Below, one piece after another: positions 39,629 to 49,448 of a stretch of 64,000 nt of DNA. Both the position numbers and the translations under genes were made by a program. Source of the DNA: Promethearchaeota archaeon. GTDB taxonomy: Archaea > Asgardarchaeota > Lokiarchaeia > Sigyniarchaeales > SOKP01. Location: assembly GCA_048940445.1 (NCBI GenBank), contig JBHLON010000003.1:50626-114625 (forward strand), in the 5' to 3' direction. Within the stretch, counting starts at the first letter, position 1. The number at the start of each line of letters is the position of its first letter. Below the pieces are notes generated by a model. The model had not been told where the DNA came from. It did not search any database and saw nothing but the letters and a program-made list of their open reading frames with translations.

Positions 39629-40585
39629 ATGGATTTTTTCACTCATTTAGTTTTTGGAGCCCTAATATACATCCTTTTCTTAAAGGATTTTGGTTTTAGT
39701 TATATCTTTCTAGCGGTTCTATTTTCGGTATTACCAGACTTAGATATTTTCATCATACCATTAAAAAGGATAATTAAGTCAAATTATCTGGAACATCGTG
39801 GAGGTTCTCACTCCTATATCATAGGTATAATGATTTCCGGTATTGGTGGCATTTTATATTCTTTAATAACACAACAATCATTCATTAACGCCTGGTTTAT
39901 AAGCATGGCTTTTTACAGTTTACATGTGTCTATGGACCTTCTCACGACTACAAAAATTCCTTACTTATATCCACTATCTAAACAAGAAAAAAGCTTTTAT
40001 GTTGAAAAAGCTGGGAGCTTATTCACTATGATAATTTCAGTATCTTTCCTGGTTTTATTAGGCTTTTTATATAATTTCTCAGCCGATCTATCTCTGCTTA
40101 ATTTATTCATTAACGTTTATACTTCCTTCTTCTTCTTATATTACTTGTATCGAATTATATCTAAGGTTTGGATATCTTCAAATCTTGAAAACAATCAGAA
40201 ATACTTTCCTGGAATTTTACCTTTTTATTATACTATCTATAATCATGACATTATAGGCAATCAATTTTCTTTGGGCATAGAAAAGAGATCTCATTTTTCA
40301 AACACGAAAGGAATTGAAATTTTCAATAATGTTTTAGATGCCAAGGAATTTTCTCTCTTTAAAAAGGGAACAAAGTTATGTAAGGCAGATTACTATTATG
40401 CAAAATGGACTTTATTTCCAACATTTACCAGGAATCAGGATACCTTCTCAATTAGATATTTCTTTTTAGAAACAATGATGAGAAGCAGGACTATGTATAT
40501 TCAATTTATTTTTAGAAAGTCTACACAAGAGTTAATTAGTTTTAATCGAGGATCTGGACGTATCCAACAAAGCATAATTAATTGA
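39629..40585 (+). CDS. Membrane metal-dependent hydrolase (YdjM/DUF457-like)
   Basis: MDFFTH, LPDLD, HRGGSHS, LHVSMD. Confidence 0.9.
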   Translation: MDFFTHLVFGALIYILFLKDFGFSYIFLAVLFSVLPDLDIFIIPLKRIIKSNYLEHRGGSHSYIIGIMISGIGGILYSLITQQSFINAWFISMAFYSLHVSMDLLTTTKIPYLYPLSKQEKSFYVEKAGSLFTMIISVSFLVLLGFLYNFSADLSLLNLFINVYTSFFFLYYLYRIISKVWISSNLENNQKYFPGILPFYYTIYNHDIIGNQFSLGIEKRSHFSNTKGIEIFNNVLDAKEFSLFKKGTKLCKADYYYAKWTLFPTFTRNQDTFSIRYFFLETMMRSRTMYIQFIFRKSTQELISFNRGSGRIQQSIIN

Positions 40586-40620
40586 ATGGGATAATAGATG
40601 TATATCATTAATCAAATCTT

Positions 40621-41037
40621 ATGAAGAAAATATATAAATACAATATTATAATTTTTGAATATATCATAAAATTTGATCAAAAAGGAGCGAAATTTAATTA
40701 TGAATTTTTAAATTTCAATAACAAAAGGGCAAAGGGTGTTCTATTACTAACATTACTCCTTCTAGTAAACTTTTATACATTCGTGTTTGTACTAGATGAA
40801 CTTAATCCTAATAAATCTAAATTAATTAATGAAACAAATGAACTGAATGACCTTGAAGATAATTTAAAGAGCAATGGTGTATCTTCTTTATTTGACGGTA
40901 TGTATATTCAACATAATTTTACTGAATATCCCTCAATTTCGGATTCTAATATTACTTATAGCGAGATATCAGCAGACATTTTTAATGTTTCATGGTCATT
41001 TAATGGTATATATAACATTAAGACATCTAATCAATAA
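40621..41037 (+). pseudogene. Probable truncated fragment of a secreted/surface protein gene
   Basis: Internal signal-peptide-like segment followed by a short beta domain and an early stop. Confidence 0.4.
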
Positions 41038-41068
41038 TAAATGCATTTAAATACTTACAAGTATAAGA

Positions 41069-41665
41069 TTGTTCAAAAAAAGGAGTACTAATAAAATGTT
41101 GAAAAAAAAACTAAGAAAGCCAAGAACGTTATTATATCCAATGCCGGCAGTTATTGTAGGATCAATTGTTGATGAAAAACCAAATTATTGCACTATTGCA
41201 TTCTGTGGAGTAGTAAATCTTTCTCCCCCAATGATTTCAATTGAATGTGGTCCCGGCCATTATACAACAAAAGGCATTCTAAATAATATGGAGTTTAGTG
41301 TGAACATTCCTTCATTAGAAATGGTAGAAATTACAGACTTCCTTGGTATGAAATCAGGAGTAGAAATTGACAAATCACAACTTTTTGAAACATTTTTTGG
41401 AGAATTAAAAAAAGCACCTTTAATAAGTGAAGCACCAGTTAATCATGCTTGTAAAGTAGTAAAGATTGTAGAACTTGCAGAAAGAAAGGATTTATACATT
41501 GGTCAGATAATTAATACTTATATTAATAAAGATTGTCTAACTAACGAGGTTCCAGATGTTAAAAAAATCAATCCAATAATCTATTCACCATCTAATAGAA
41601 CCTATTGGAATATAGGTCAAGAAGTTGGAAAAGCATGGAAAATTGGAAGGAAATATAAAAAGTAA
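41069..41665 (+). CDS. Flavin reductase/flavoredoxin family protein
   Basis: LYPMPAVIVG, FSVNIP, G.KSG..IDK, APLI.E.P. Confidence 0.92.
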   Translation: MFKKRSTNKMLKKKLRKPRTLLYPMPAVIVGSIVDEKPNYCTIAFCGVVNLSPPMISIECGPGHYTTKGILNNMEFSVNIPSLEMVEITDFLGMKSGVEIDKSQLFETFFGELKKAPLISEAPVNHACKVVKIVELAERKDLYIGQIINTYINKDCLTNEVPDVKKINPIIYSPSNRTYWNIGQEVGKAWKIGRKYKK

Positions 41666-41694
41666 ATAAAAATAAAAGAAAAATGTTAAAAAAC

Positions 41695-43212
41695 TTATAA
41701 TTGTGGACTATTATTAAAACACCATAAATCCTTGATTCCTAGATTATCTCGTATCAAAGGAGTTTGAATTTGGTTTATATTTTTTAAAAATCCAGAGGGC
41801 ATGAAATTTATTGCATAGTTAAATGCGGCTCCTATTGTCTGATTTTGGTTTAATTGATCCCAAAACTGATGAAAAAACCATGAACCAGCAAATCCATCAG
41901 GATTATTGTTATCTCGCCAGTACCATGAAAGAATATCAGTTGTAGATGTGATTAATATAGAATTAGGAATATTGTACCAGCTTAATCCAATGTTTGAGTT
42001 TTGGTTCAAAAAGTTCCCACTAAAACAAATATCAATATTTATCAAAATCCTTTCGCAATTTATTTGTCTAATTAGACTAAAAAATTCCAACTCAGTAATA
42101 TAACTATCATCTGCTTCAAAATGAAACGTAGCATTACCATCTCCTAGAATTTTATTTGAACCGTGATCTACCAAATAAATAATTAATTGATCATTTGATT
42201 GAATCCTAGAGGCAAAAGAACCTGTGATTGACACATTTAACTCCTGTTTGAACCTGCTAGCATTTACATCATCATTTTCGACATCTACATCAGCAAGAGT
42301 CCCTGATCTATTTAGATCGTTAGGAAATCCATCAAATGCGTCAATATCGATTATGTTATCTCCAGTATGATATAACATTAAAAAAATATTGTCATCTGTA
42401 TATCCATGAGTTTTTAAAGTCCAGTAAACTTGAAGAGCTTGGGCAGGAAATCCATCTGAGTCTATATTACTCAAGGGTGGATTTGGGATAGGTGGTGGAA
42501 ACCAATACTCTACTTTAACATCATCAAAAAGTACCATATCATTACCATTCATATAACCCTCAACTGCTAAAACTAAATTTAATTGTGTGATTTCATTTAG
42601 AGTCGAATTATCGGCAATCCCAGTTACATTCAAAAACATCCATCCCCAGAAACCTCCATATAATCCTTTCGACCAATCCTCTCTTACTATACCATTGCTT
42701 GAATTCAACCACCGAAGTCCTATTCTTACCCCTGATCCAGGAGGTGTTATAATAGCAGGTGTAACTGGTGGAAAGTTTGTATTGGTTGTAATATTAACCC
42801 AGGCAGTAAGTCTGTATGCAGCAAATTTAAGTAACTCAAAATAATTTGTCCAATTGTATACAAATTCAGTATTAACATATTTAGGTTGGGGAGGAGATGT
42901 TAATGCATATAGAAATATAAATCCAGGAGTATTATGACCAGGGAGTGAGGTATCAACTCCTCCAGATGCATTACTAAAATCTGGTATCCACATAGGTTCC
43001 CCTTCAATATCAAATTTTGAGTCCTTTCCATTATTAAAGTCAGGTTCCCCATCTTTTCTGTAATAATCATTTGCACTACTAAGAATGAGTGCTTTTCTTA
43101 AACCATAAGTTGATGGCTGATTTAATGGTAAAATGATAATAACTAAAGCAATAATTAATATTCCAACGAAAAGGATTATTATAAAAGGGACGTTCTTCTT
43201 TATATTCATCAT
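41695..43212 (-). CDS. Membrane-anchored C13 (legumain/GPI8-like, caspase fold) peptidase with inserted beta-sandwich domain
   Basis: N-terminal TM; GYTDDNI, IYLVDHG (His), IDICFSG (Cys), FFHQFW, QTP. Confidence 0.75.
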   Translation of the reverse strand: MMNIKKNVPFIIILFVGILIIALVIIILPLNQPSTYGLRKALILSSANDYYRKDGEPDFNNGKDSKFDIEGEPMWIPDFSNASGGVDTSLPGHNTPGFIFLYALTSPPQPKYVNTEFVYNWTNYFELLKFAAYRLTAWVNITTNTNFPPVTPAIITPPGSGVRIGLRWLNSSNGIVREDWSKGLYGGFWGWMFLNVTGIADNSTLNEITQLNLVLAVEGYMNGNDMVLFDDVKVEYWFPPPIPNPPLSNIDSDGFPAQALQVYWTLKTHGYTDDNIFLMLYHTGDNIIDIDAFDGFPNDLNRSGTLADVDVENDDVNASRFKQELNVSITGSFASRIQSNDQLIIYLVDHGSNKILGDGNATFHFEADDSYITELEFFSLIRQINCERILINIDICFSGNFLNQNSNIGLSWYNIPNSILITSTTDILSWYWRDNNNPDGFAGSWFFHQFWDQLNQNQTIGAAFNYAINFMPSGFLKNINQIQTPLIRDNLGIKDLWCFNNSPQL

Positions 43213-43278
43213 TTCTCAATAAATCATTTAAATTTTATTTGAAATATTTTTAATCCAAAACTATTTTTTCAAAAAACT

Positions 43279-43536
43279 TTAAATTTTTATTTTAAAGATG
43301 CTAATTCTTTTGTCAAATGGATCTTTAAATTTTTGAATAAAGTCATATTCTTGCAACTTTTTTAGTGCGTATGCGACTGTACGTTTAGGAAGAAGACTCT
43401 TCTTTAATATTTGCATTTGATTTAAGGACCCTCGTTCTTTTAATATATACAATATAAATTTACTTGATGGTGATAAAGAATATAGATTAATTTTCTCTTC
43501 ATAACTAGAAACTGAATATTTATCTTCTACAATCAT
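43279..43536 (-). CDS. Small MarR-like HTH protein
   Basis: LSPSSKFILYIL...LPKRTVAYALKKL...DKR. Confidence 0.85.
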   Translation of the reverse strand: MIVEDKYSVSSYEEKINLYSLSPSSKFILYILKERGSLNQMQILKKSLLPKRTVAYALKKLQEYDFIQKFKDPFDKRISIFKIKI

Positions 43537-43867
43537 TTATTTTATCTTTCCAGAGACTAATTATTTGAATATAATTCTTCAATTTAATATACTCTTTTTT
43601 CTTTAATAAGTATTTTGAATAATAATATACTTAAACGATTCCTTTAATCCTAATTTCGATTTGAAACTAAAACTAAAATAATGTTTAAATCTGAAACCCT
43701 CAATAGAAATTCAAGAGATGAACTTACATTATTGGAAGTTGAAATATATGTAAAAATGGCACTTAATTTTTTATAAAAAAAAAGATTTGTTAATTAGCGG
43801 ATGTTCATCTCATATAACACTTCTTTGATCTATATAAAAATTTTAGAAAAGTGAGCAAGCACTCAGG

Positions 43868-44416
43868 ATGAATAATAATCAGATAAAATTAGATAAAATT
43901 GATTTGAAGCTGATCTCAGTTTTACAAAAAGATCCCAGTTTAACTCATTACCAAATTGCCGAAATTATTAATCGGAGTCAACCGACTGTAGGAACTAGGG
44001 TAAGAAAACTTAAAGAAAAAGGAATTTTACAATTTCAAGCAGGGATAAATTTCAAAAAAATTGGAATTCAATTAGCAATTGTAAATTTAAATACAAAAAA
44101 TCCAGAGGAAATAGTAGACATGGTAAATGATTGCCCTTTTATGCTAAATGCGTTTAGGCTAAGTGGAACGTTTAATATGTCTGTTTTAATCGCAAATACA
44201 AATCTAAGAAAGTTAAATAACGTGGTCGATCAACACTTTAGAAATAATTCCAATGTTCAAAAAATTGTGATAGAATTCATAACAGATACTGTAAAAAATT
44301 TTATTCTTCCAATTGACATTGATTCTGAACTTATTTTACCAAATTTAGAAGATGGTTGTAGCTCTAATTGCAGATATTGTGAATATAATAGAATAATGAG
44401 GTTCAAAAAATCTTAA
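43868..44416 (+). CDS. Lrp/AsnC transcriptional regulator with Cys-rich tail
   Basis: LDKIDLKLI..LQ, IAE...RSQPTVG.RVRKL. Confidence 0.9.
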   Translation: MNNNQIKLDKIDLKLISVLQKDPSLTHYQIAEIINRSQPTVGTRVRKLKEKGILQFQAGINFKKIGIQLAIVNLNTKNPEEIVDMVNDCPFMLNAFRLSGTFNMSVLIANTNLRKLNNVVDQHFRNNSNVQKIVIEFITDTVKNFILPIDIDSELILPNLEDGCSSNCRYCEYNRIMRFKKS

Positions 44417-44440
44417 ATAATTGAATCTTCAACTAAAAAA

Positions 44441-45460
44441 TCATAAAATCAAAGATTTAATTTTATCGTCTTCAATTTTTTTACATGTAATTATATTATC
44501 CAATTTTTTAGAGTCAAATCCATAAATTATTGATCCACAGCTTTCTTTCAAGTCTGAATACCTAAGTGTGACTCCAGCAGCAAAATTAATCGTATCATTA
44601 TCATATTTTCCTTGAATAATAGTTGTAGGTCCTGGTACTTCTTTAGCTTCCATCATTAAATCTTTTGAATTTTTAATTTGAGTTAGCATATTATTTTCGA
44701 ATTCATTCCTACCTATAATTATTTTAGAATTTTTATACCTAATATGTCTTCCGTATTTAAGAAAATTAATCTCGGGCATTGCTAAATCTTCATTAAAAGT
44801 AATATAGTCTCTCATTCTTCTAGAAAATTGTTTATCGGTTAATAAGCAACCACCACATGCAAAATATTTATTCAGAAGGCCATATTTTCTTGCTAGTTCG
44901 AGTTGTATTTTTCTACTCCTACCCTTTATTCCCATCAATTTAGATCTATCAATTAATCCACTTTTTTCTACATTAGTAGGTGGTAATAATAAAGCGGACA
45001 ATGGTCTTAATAACTGACCTGTAAGACCAGATTCATTTTCTACTATTTTTAAAGCCTTTAAATTTTGAGATTTAGGTCTCTGATCTAAAACTTCTCCAGT
45101 AAATACAAAATCTGCTCCCAATTTTTTCATAATTTTCATTGCTTTTTTGAGGATGTAAATCCTACAATCAATACAAGGATTTAAGTTTTTCCCGTATCCA
45201 AATTTTGGATGGCGTATGATCTCTAAATAGTCATCTCCTTTTTGAGCAAATAAAACGGAAATTCCTAACTTTTCATAATAGAGATTTAACCCACATTCTG
45301 AACTTTTTAATGCTTTATCGCAGATACAAAATGGAGATTTAAAATTAAGTCCGATAACTTCTATACGTTGTAACTTTATTAATAGCGAAGAAATTAGACT
45401 GTCCAATCCTCCTGAGACTAATCCTATTCCGACAATACTTGCATTTTTTTTATTTTTCAC
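44441..45460 (-). CDS. ThiI/MnmA-like tRNA thiouridylase with DUF814-like C-terminus
   Basis: SGGLDS PP-loop, NPCIDCR, TGEVLDQRPKSQ, GGCLLTD, GRH, IIGRNE. Confidence 0.88.
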   Translation of the reverse strand: MKNKKNASIVGIGLVSGGLDSLISSLLIKLQRIEVIGLNFKSPFCICDKALKSSECGLNLYYEKLGISVLFAQKGDDYLEIIRHPKFGYGKNLNPCIDCRIYILKKAMKIMKKLGADFVFTGEVLDQRPKSQNLKALKIVENESGLTGQLLRPLSALLLPPTNVEKSGLIDRSKLMGIKGRSRKIQLELARKYGLLNKYFACGGCLLTDKQFSRRMRDYITFNEDLAMPEINFLKYGRHIRYKNSKIIIGRNEFENNMLTQIKNSKDLMMEAKEVPGPTTIIQGKYDNDTINFAAGVTLRYSDLKESCGSIIYGFDSKKLDNIITCKKIEDDKIKSLIL

Positions 45461-45855
45461 GCTATAGCACCATAATTTATTTAGGTTAAAAATGTGGGAA
45501 TTTTTCTTCTTTATTCTTTTAATTAATCTATTTATTATTCAAATAATCTAACCATATTATATTAAGTAATCGGTGATTTAAGAACATCATTTTTAAAAAA
45601 GGATGCAAAAATTGCATTTAATTATATATATAAAAAATTGTAATTCTAATTAAAAGAAATTAAATTCAATCCAATATTGGATTTTGTCCTCTATTAAACC
45701 TTGGTTTAATCTTCCTATTTGAATTATTTTCTTTAATTGAATTTAACTTCTTTTTTACTTTTTTCTAGAGATTTTCCTGGGAAAACCTTATGAAAGAAAA
45801 TTTATGAACCAGCAAAAAATTTTAGAGAATTTAAAATCATTATTAAGATAAATTA

Positions 45856-46398
45856 TCAATCAGAATTTCGAATTTTATTAATATTGGAGCGTCTTGAAAT
45901 AATCAAGGAGATTAGACTCTTTAAAATAGTAGAAAAAACTGCCAAACAACCACCAATTAATGGTAATATTCCACCAGAAAGAGTCCAATAATTCCAGAAT
46001 GATGAGTCCATTAAATTCATTTCGATATAAAAGAATAATACTCCAGAAATCATTAATAGACCACTAACTAGCCAAAAAATGGAAGAAATCCATACTTTTG
46101 ACCAAGTTTTAACTTTTCTTAGTAATAATGGTAAAGAATTTATCAATAAGAAAATACAAGCAATTATAATAACTAATAAGGTGGTCATACCAACTCTATA
46201 CAATACACTATCGGTTCCATAATAATCATACTGGGGGCCTATGGGATAATGATCTATCTTAAATCCTAAAAGAAAATAATCACTATTAAAACCAGTTTCA
46301 GAATGGTGGACAAAAGGAGAAAATACTGATAAAAAACCTAGAATCACTGATATGATATTTAGCAGCCAAATATAATCCTTTATATTTTCTAATTTCAT
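45856..46398 (-). CDS. Hypothetical 4-TM membrane protein
   Basis: 180-aa hydrophobic ORF. Confidence 0.7.
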   Translation of the reverse strand: MKLENIKDYIWLLNIISVILGFLSVFSPFVHHSETGFNSDYFLLGFKIDHYPIGPQYDYYGTDSVLYRVGMTTLLVIIIACIFLLINSLPLLLRKVKTWSKVWISSIFWLVSGLLMISGVLFFYIEMNLMDSSFWNYWTLSGGILPLIGGCLAVFSTILKSLISLIISRRSNINKIRNSD

Positions 46399-46563
46399 TT
46401 TTCATTATCATTCTCAAATTTCTGAATTAATTATTCTATTAAGAGAGAAGTTTATATAAAAAATTTTACATAAAGTTTTATAAATAGAAAGTTTATGCCT
46501 TGATTTTTTAGATAATTTTTTTTAAATTTTAAATTAAATACTATAAATTGAATAATTAATTTT

Positions 46564-48006
46564 CTATAATTTCTTATCTTCTACTTCTATATCCATTTCT
46601 ATTAACCTTTTTCTAATATAATCGCTGATGTCAAATATCTTTTTTTCTCTCAGTTTCTCTCGCGTTTTGGTCAAAATATCGATTAAATCTTTTATTTTTT
46701 TATCTTTCTCACTAAATTCTTCAATTTGAACATCACTAAGCTTTTGTTCTATATTCGGAAAAATACCTAAGATTTCTTCTATGAAATCAACGAATTCGAA
46801 AAACTTTTCTTTGAATTTAGTATTTATTTTTATACTTTCTTCGAATATTTTTTTATTTATTTCTCTAAATAGAGTGAATAATTCTGCTAATGCGACAGGA
46901 GTATCAAAATCATCATCCATTGCAGTGATTATTTTTTTTGATGTTTCATTTATTTGGGTTAATAATTGTTGGATTTGTTTAGATGAGTCATCATTAATTT
47001 CAACCTGATTGATTCTTTTTATAGTATTAAATAATCTTTCATAATTTTTACTGGCTTGATTTATATTATCAAGTGAATAATTTATGGAATTTCGATAATG
47101 ACTAGATACAAGAAATAAGCGAATAACCATGGGATCAAATTCTTTTAGAAGCTCTGATACCAAGAAATAATTGCCTAAACTTTTCGACATTTTTTCATCA
47201 TTAATATTAACAAATCCATTATGGAGAAAATAATTGGCAAAAGGTTTTCCAGTATATGATTCAGATTGGGCAATTTCATTTCGATGATGAGGGAATTTCA
47301 AATCCTGACCTCCTCCATGTATATCAATAGTCTCACCTAAGAAATTTAGAACCATGGCTGAGCATTCTATATGCCATCCTGGTCTTCCTTTACCCCAAGG
47401 ACTTTCCCAGAAAGGTTCACCTTCCTTCATTTTTTTCCATAAAGCAAAGTCTCTAGTATCCAATTTATCTTCTCCGAAAGCTGTATCTTGATCTCCTAAA
47501 TAATCTTCATTTTCTTCCTCAACATTACTTTCTTTTACATTTTGCAGGATTGTGTTATATATTGGAAATGTCTTGACTGAAAAATAAACAGATTCATTTC
47601 TTTCATAAGCATGACCTTTTTTAATTAACTCTTTAATAAATTCAATTATAAATGGAATGACTTCAGTAGCTCGTGGATTTTTTGTTTCCTTCTTAATGTT
47701 CAGAGCTTTTGTAACATCTTGATACTCTTTAATATATTTTTTGGCTAACTCCTGAACATCAGCATTTAATTCATGGGCTCGTTTTATGATTTTGTCGTCT
47801 ATATCCGTATAGTTCTTAACAATGGTCACATCATACTTTTTATATTTAAAATACCGATGAATTACATCAAATGCAACTGCTGATTTTGCATGACCCAGAT
47901 GTGGGCTATCATATACAGTCGGTCCACATACATACATTTTAATTTTATTTGGTTCAAGAGTCTTAAATTCTTCTTTTTCAAATGTCAAACTATTGTATAT
48001 TCTCAT
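46564..48006 (-). CDS. cysS: Cysteine--tRNA ligase
   Basis: MYVCGPTVYD..HLGH, DFALWK, GRPGWHIECSAM, HGGGQDLKFPHH, KMSKS. Confidence 0.98.
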   Translation of the reverse strand: MRIYNSLTFEKEEFKTLEPNKIKMYVCGPTVYDSPHLGHAKSAVAFDVIHRYFKYKKYDVTIVKNYTDIDDKIIKRAHELNADVQELAKKYIKEYQDVTKALNIKKETKNPRATEVIPFIIEFIKELIKKGHAYERNESVYFSVKTFPIYNTILQNVKESNVEEENEDYLGDQDTAFGEDKLDTRDFALWKKMKEGEPFWESPWGKGRPGWHIECSAMVLNFLGETIDIHGGGQDLKFPHHRNEIAQSESYTGKPFANYFLHNGFVNINDEKMSKSLGNYFLVSELLKEFDPMVIRLFLVSSHYRNSINYSLDNINQASKNYERLFNTIKRINQVEINDDSSKQIQQLLTQINETSKKIITAMDDDFDTPVALAELFTLFREINKKIFEESIKINTKFKEKFFEFVDFIEEILGIFPNIEQKLSDVQIEEFSEKDKKIKDLIDILTKTREKLREKKIFDISDYIRKRLIEMDIEVEDKKL

Positions 48007-48031
48007 ATTTAATCACCTTAAGAAAAAAGAA

Positions 48032-48134
48032 AGCCAGTGATGGGAATTGTAGATTAGAGAGAATTCCAAAAATCTTTTGCACCCATGAATAACGGCTCTG
48101 CAGGCCGCCTCCTTAACTGCTCGGATACACTGGC
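48032..48134 (-). tRNA. tRNA-Cys(GCA) with a 30-nt intron in the T-loop (48046-48075)
   Basis: Acceptor GCCAGTG/CACTGGC plus U73, anticodon arm GCGGC-CTGCAGA-GCCGT, T stem ATGGG/CCCAT enclosing 37 nt instead of 7. Confidence 0.95.
48046..48075 (-). other. Non-canonical (59/60) BHB tRNA intron, 30 nt
   Basis: ATGGG-TGCA-AA^A-GATT...AATC-TACA-AT^T-CCCAT; excision yields T-loop TGCAAAT. Confidence 0.88.
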
Positions 48135-48359
48135 AATACACATCTTTGATTTCAACCTCCAGTCCAACCCAATCTAGGATTGGAAGAGTCATTTAATCAG
48201 GTTAATTTTTTTATTGTTTATTCTTCTTTTTATATTTTAATTTTAATAAATTCTCTATAATAAACTATATAGTTCAAATTAATCTAAAAGTTTTCTTTTT
48301 ATAGAACAGAGAAAATATATAAAAATAGATAGTTTAAAATAAATTAATTACGAAAAGAT

Positions 48360-48887
48360 CTATTTTTTACAAACTTTATTCATACATGAATCACAACAGA
48401 GTCCTTCTTTGGTGATTCCACATTTACCAAAATCAAAGTCAAAATTTAATACAAAATCCTCAACAATTTCCGTGATAACATCAATAGATACAGAGATGAC
48501 ATTAGGATTTTTTCTAAAATGATGATTTACAATATGATCTAGGCGTTCTAATTTAGGACTGGCCATTAGCACACTAATATTAGAAGAACCACTTAACTTA
48601 AATGCATTTAACATATAAGGGCATTTCTTCACTAAATCAATTATTTCCGAAGTATTTAATGTTTGGATTTCAGCTCTAGCAAGAAACAAATCAGTTGTTT
48701 TAACATTAATGCCAGCTTGAAACTTTAAAATTCCATTTTCTTCTAATTTTCTGATACGCATTCCAATAGTTGGTTGAGAGCGATTAACTTTTTTAGCAAT
48801 CTCGGTATGGGTAAGCGTCGGCTCTTTTTGGATTAATTGAATTATATTTCTATCAATATCGTCAATTTCGAATAATTCAGTTGCCAT
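48360..48887 (-). CDS. Lrp/AsnC transcriptional regulator with Cys-rich tail
   Basis: IDDIDRNII.LIQ, RSQPTIG.RIRKL; paralog of 43868. Confidence 0.9.
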   Translation of the reverse strand: MATELFEIDDIDRNIIQLIQKEPTLTHTEIAKKVNRSQPTIGMRIRKLEENGILKFQAGINVKTTDLFLARAEIQTLNTSEIIDLVKKCPYMLNAFKLSGSSNISVLMASPKLERLDHIVNHHFRKNPNVISVSIDVITEIVEDFVLNFDFDFGKCGITKEGLCCDSCMNKVCKK

Positions 48888-48933
48888 TTTTCAACACTTT
48901 TAATATTTTTATATATGTTTATCCTTATTGATA

Positions 48934-48991
48934 TATGTTGATATGCCGATATTTAAATATTTCGGTTGATATATATTTCCTTATCAACATA
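48934..48991. promoter_or_regulatory. Palindromic operator candidate between divergent Lrp and ArsR genes
   Basis: TATGTTGATA...TATCAACATA inverted pair around CCG-ATATTTAAATAT-TTCGG. Confidence 0.55.
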
Positions 48992-49064
48992 AATAAGTTA
49001 TAATAAGAATAATTAAAAACGACCTTTATGAATAATTTAATTAACAGAGTTAGGAATTAATAAG

Positions 49065-49412
49065 ATGTCAGAAGCTAACACGGAACTAATTAAACTTTTA
49101 AAAATAATCAGTGATGATACTCGTTTAAATATCCTAGAACAATTAAAAGATGACAGTAAATCCTCTAAACAATTAGAAGAAATATTAGGAAAAAAGCAAT
49201 CAACGATCTCGCATCACTTAAACACTTTGATTGAGGCTAATTTAATTGAATCTCAAATTAGAGAAATTGATAAAAAGAATATTAACTTTTATAGAATAAA
49301 AAATGAAGAGATACTTAAGTTACTCTCTCAGATAAGAAATTTCGTGGAAAATCTTAACAGTAAAGAATTTTTAGAGAGAAAAAAAAGAGGATTATATGAT
49401 ATACTAAGTTAG
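49065..49412 (+). CDS. ArsR/SmtB family regulator
   Basis: SDDTRLNIL..L, QSTISHHL..L. Confidence 0.92.
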   Translation: MSEANTELIKLLKIISDDTRLNILEQLKDDSKSSKQLEEILGKKQSTISHHLNTLIEANLIESQIREIDKKNINFYRIKNEEILKLLSQIRNFVENLNSKEFLERKKRGLYDILS

Positions 49413-49448
49413 CTAATTTAAATTCTACTATAGTATAATGGTAATTTA

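Noticed and set aside
47480-47560. Acidic insertion in CysS (EEENEDYLGDQD) as a possible hidden intron
   Set aside because: AT-rich with no hairpin or BHB pairing visible; this loop is length-variable in CysS.
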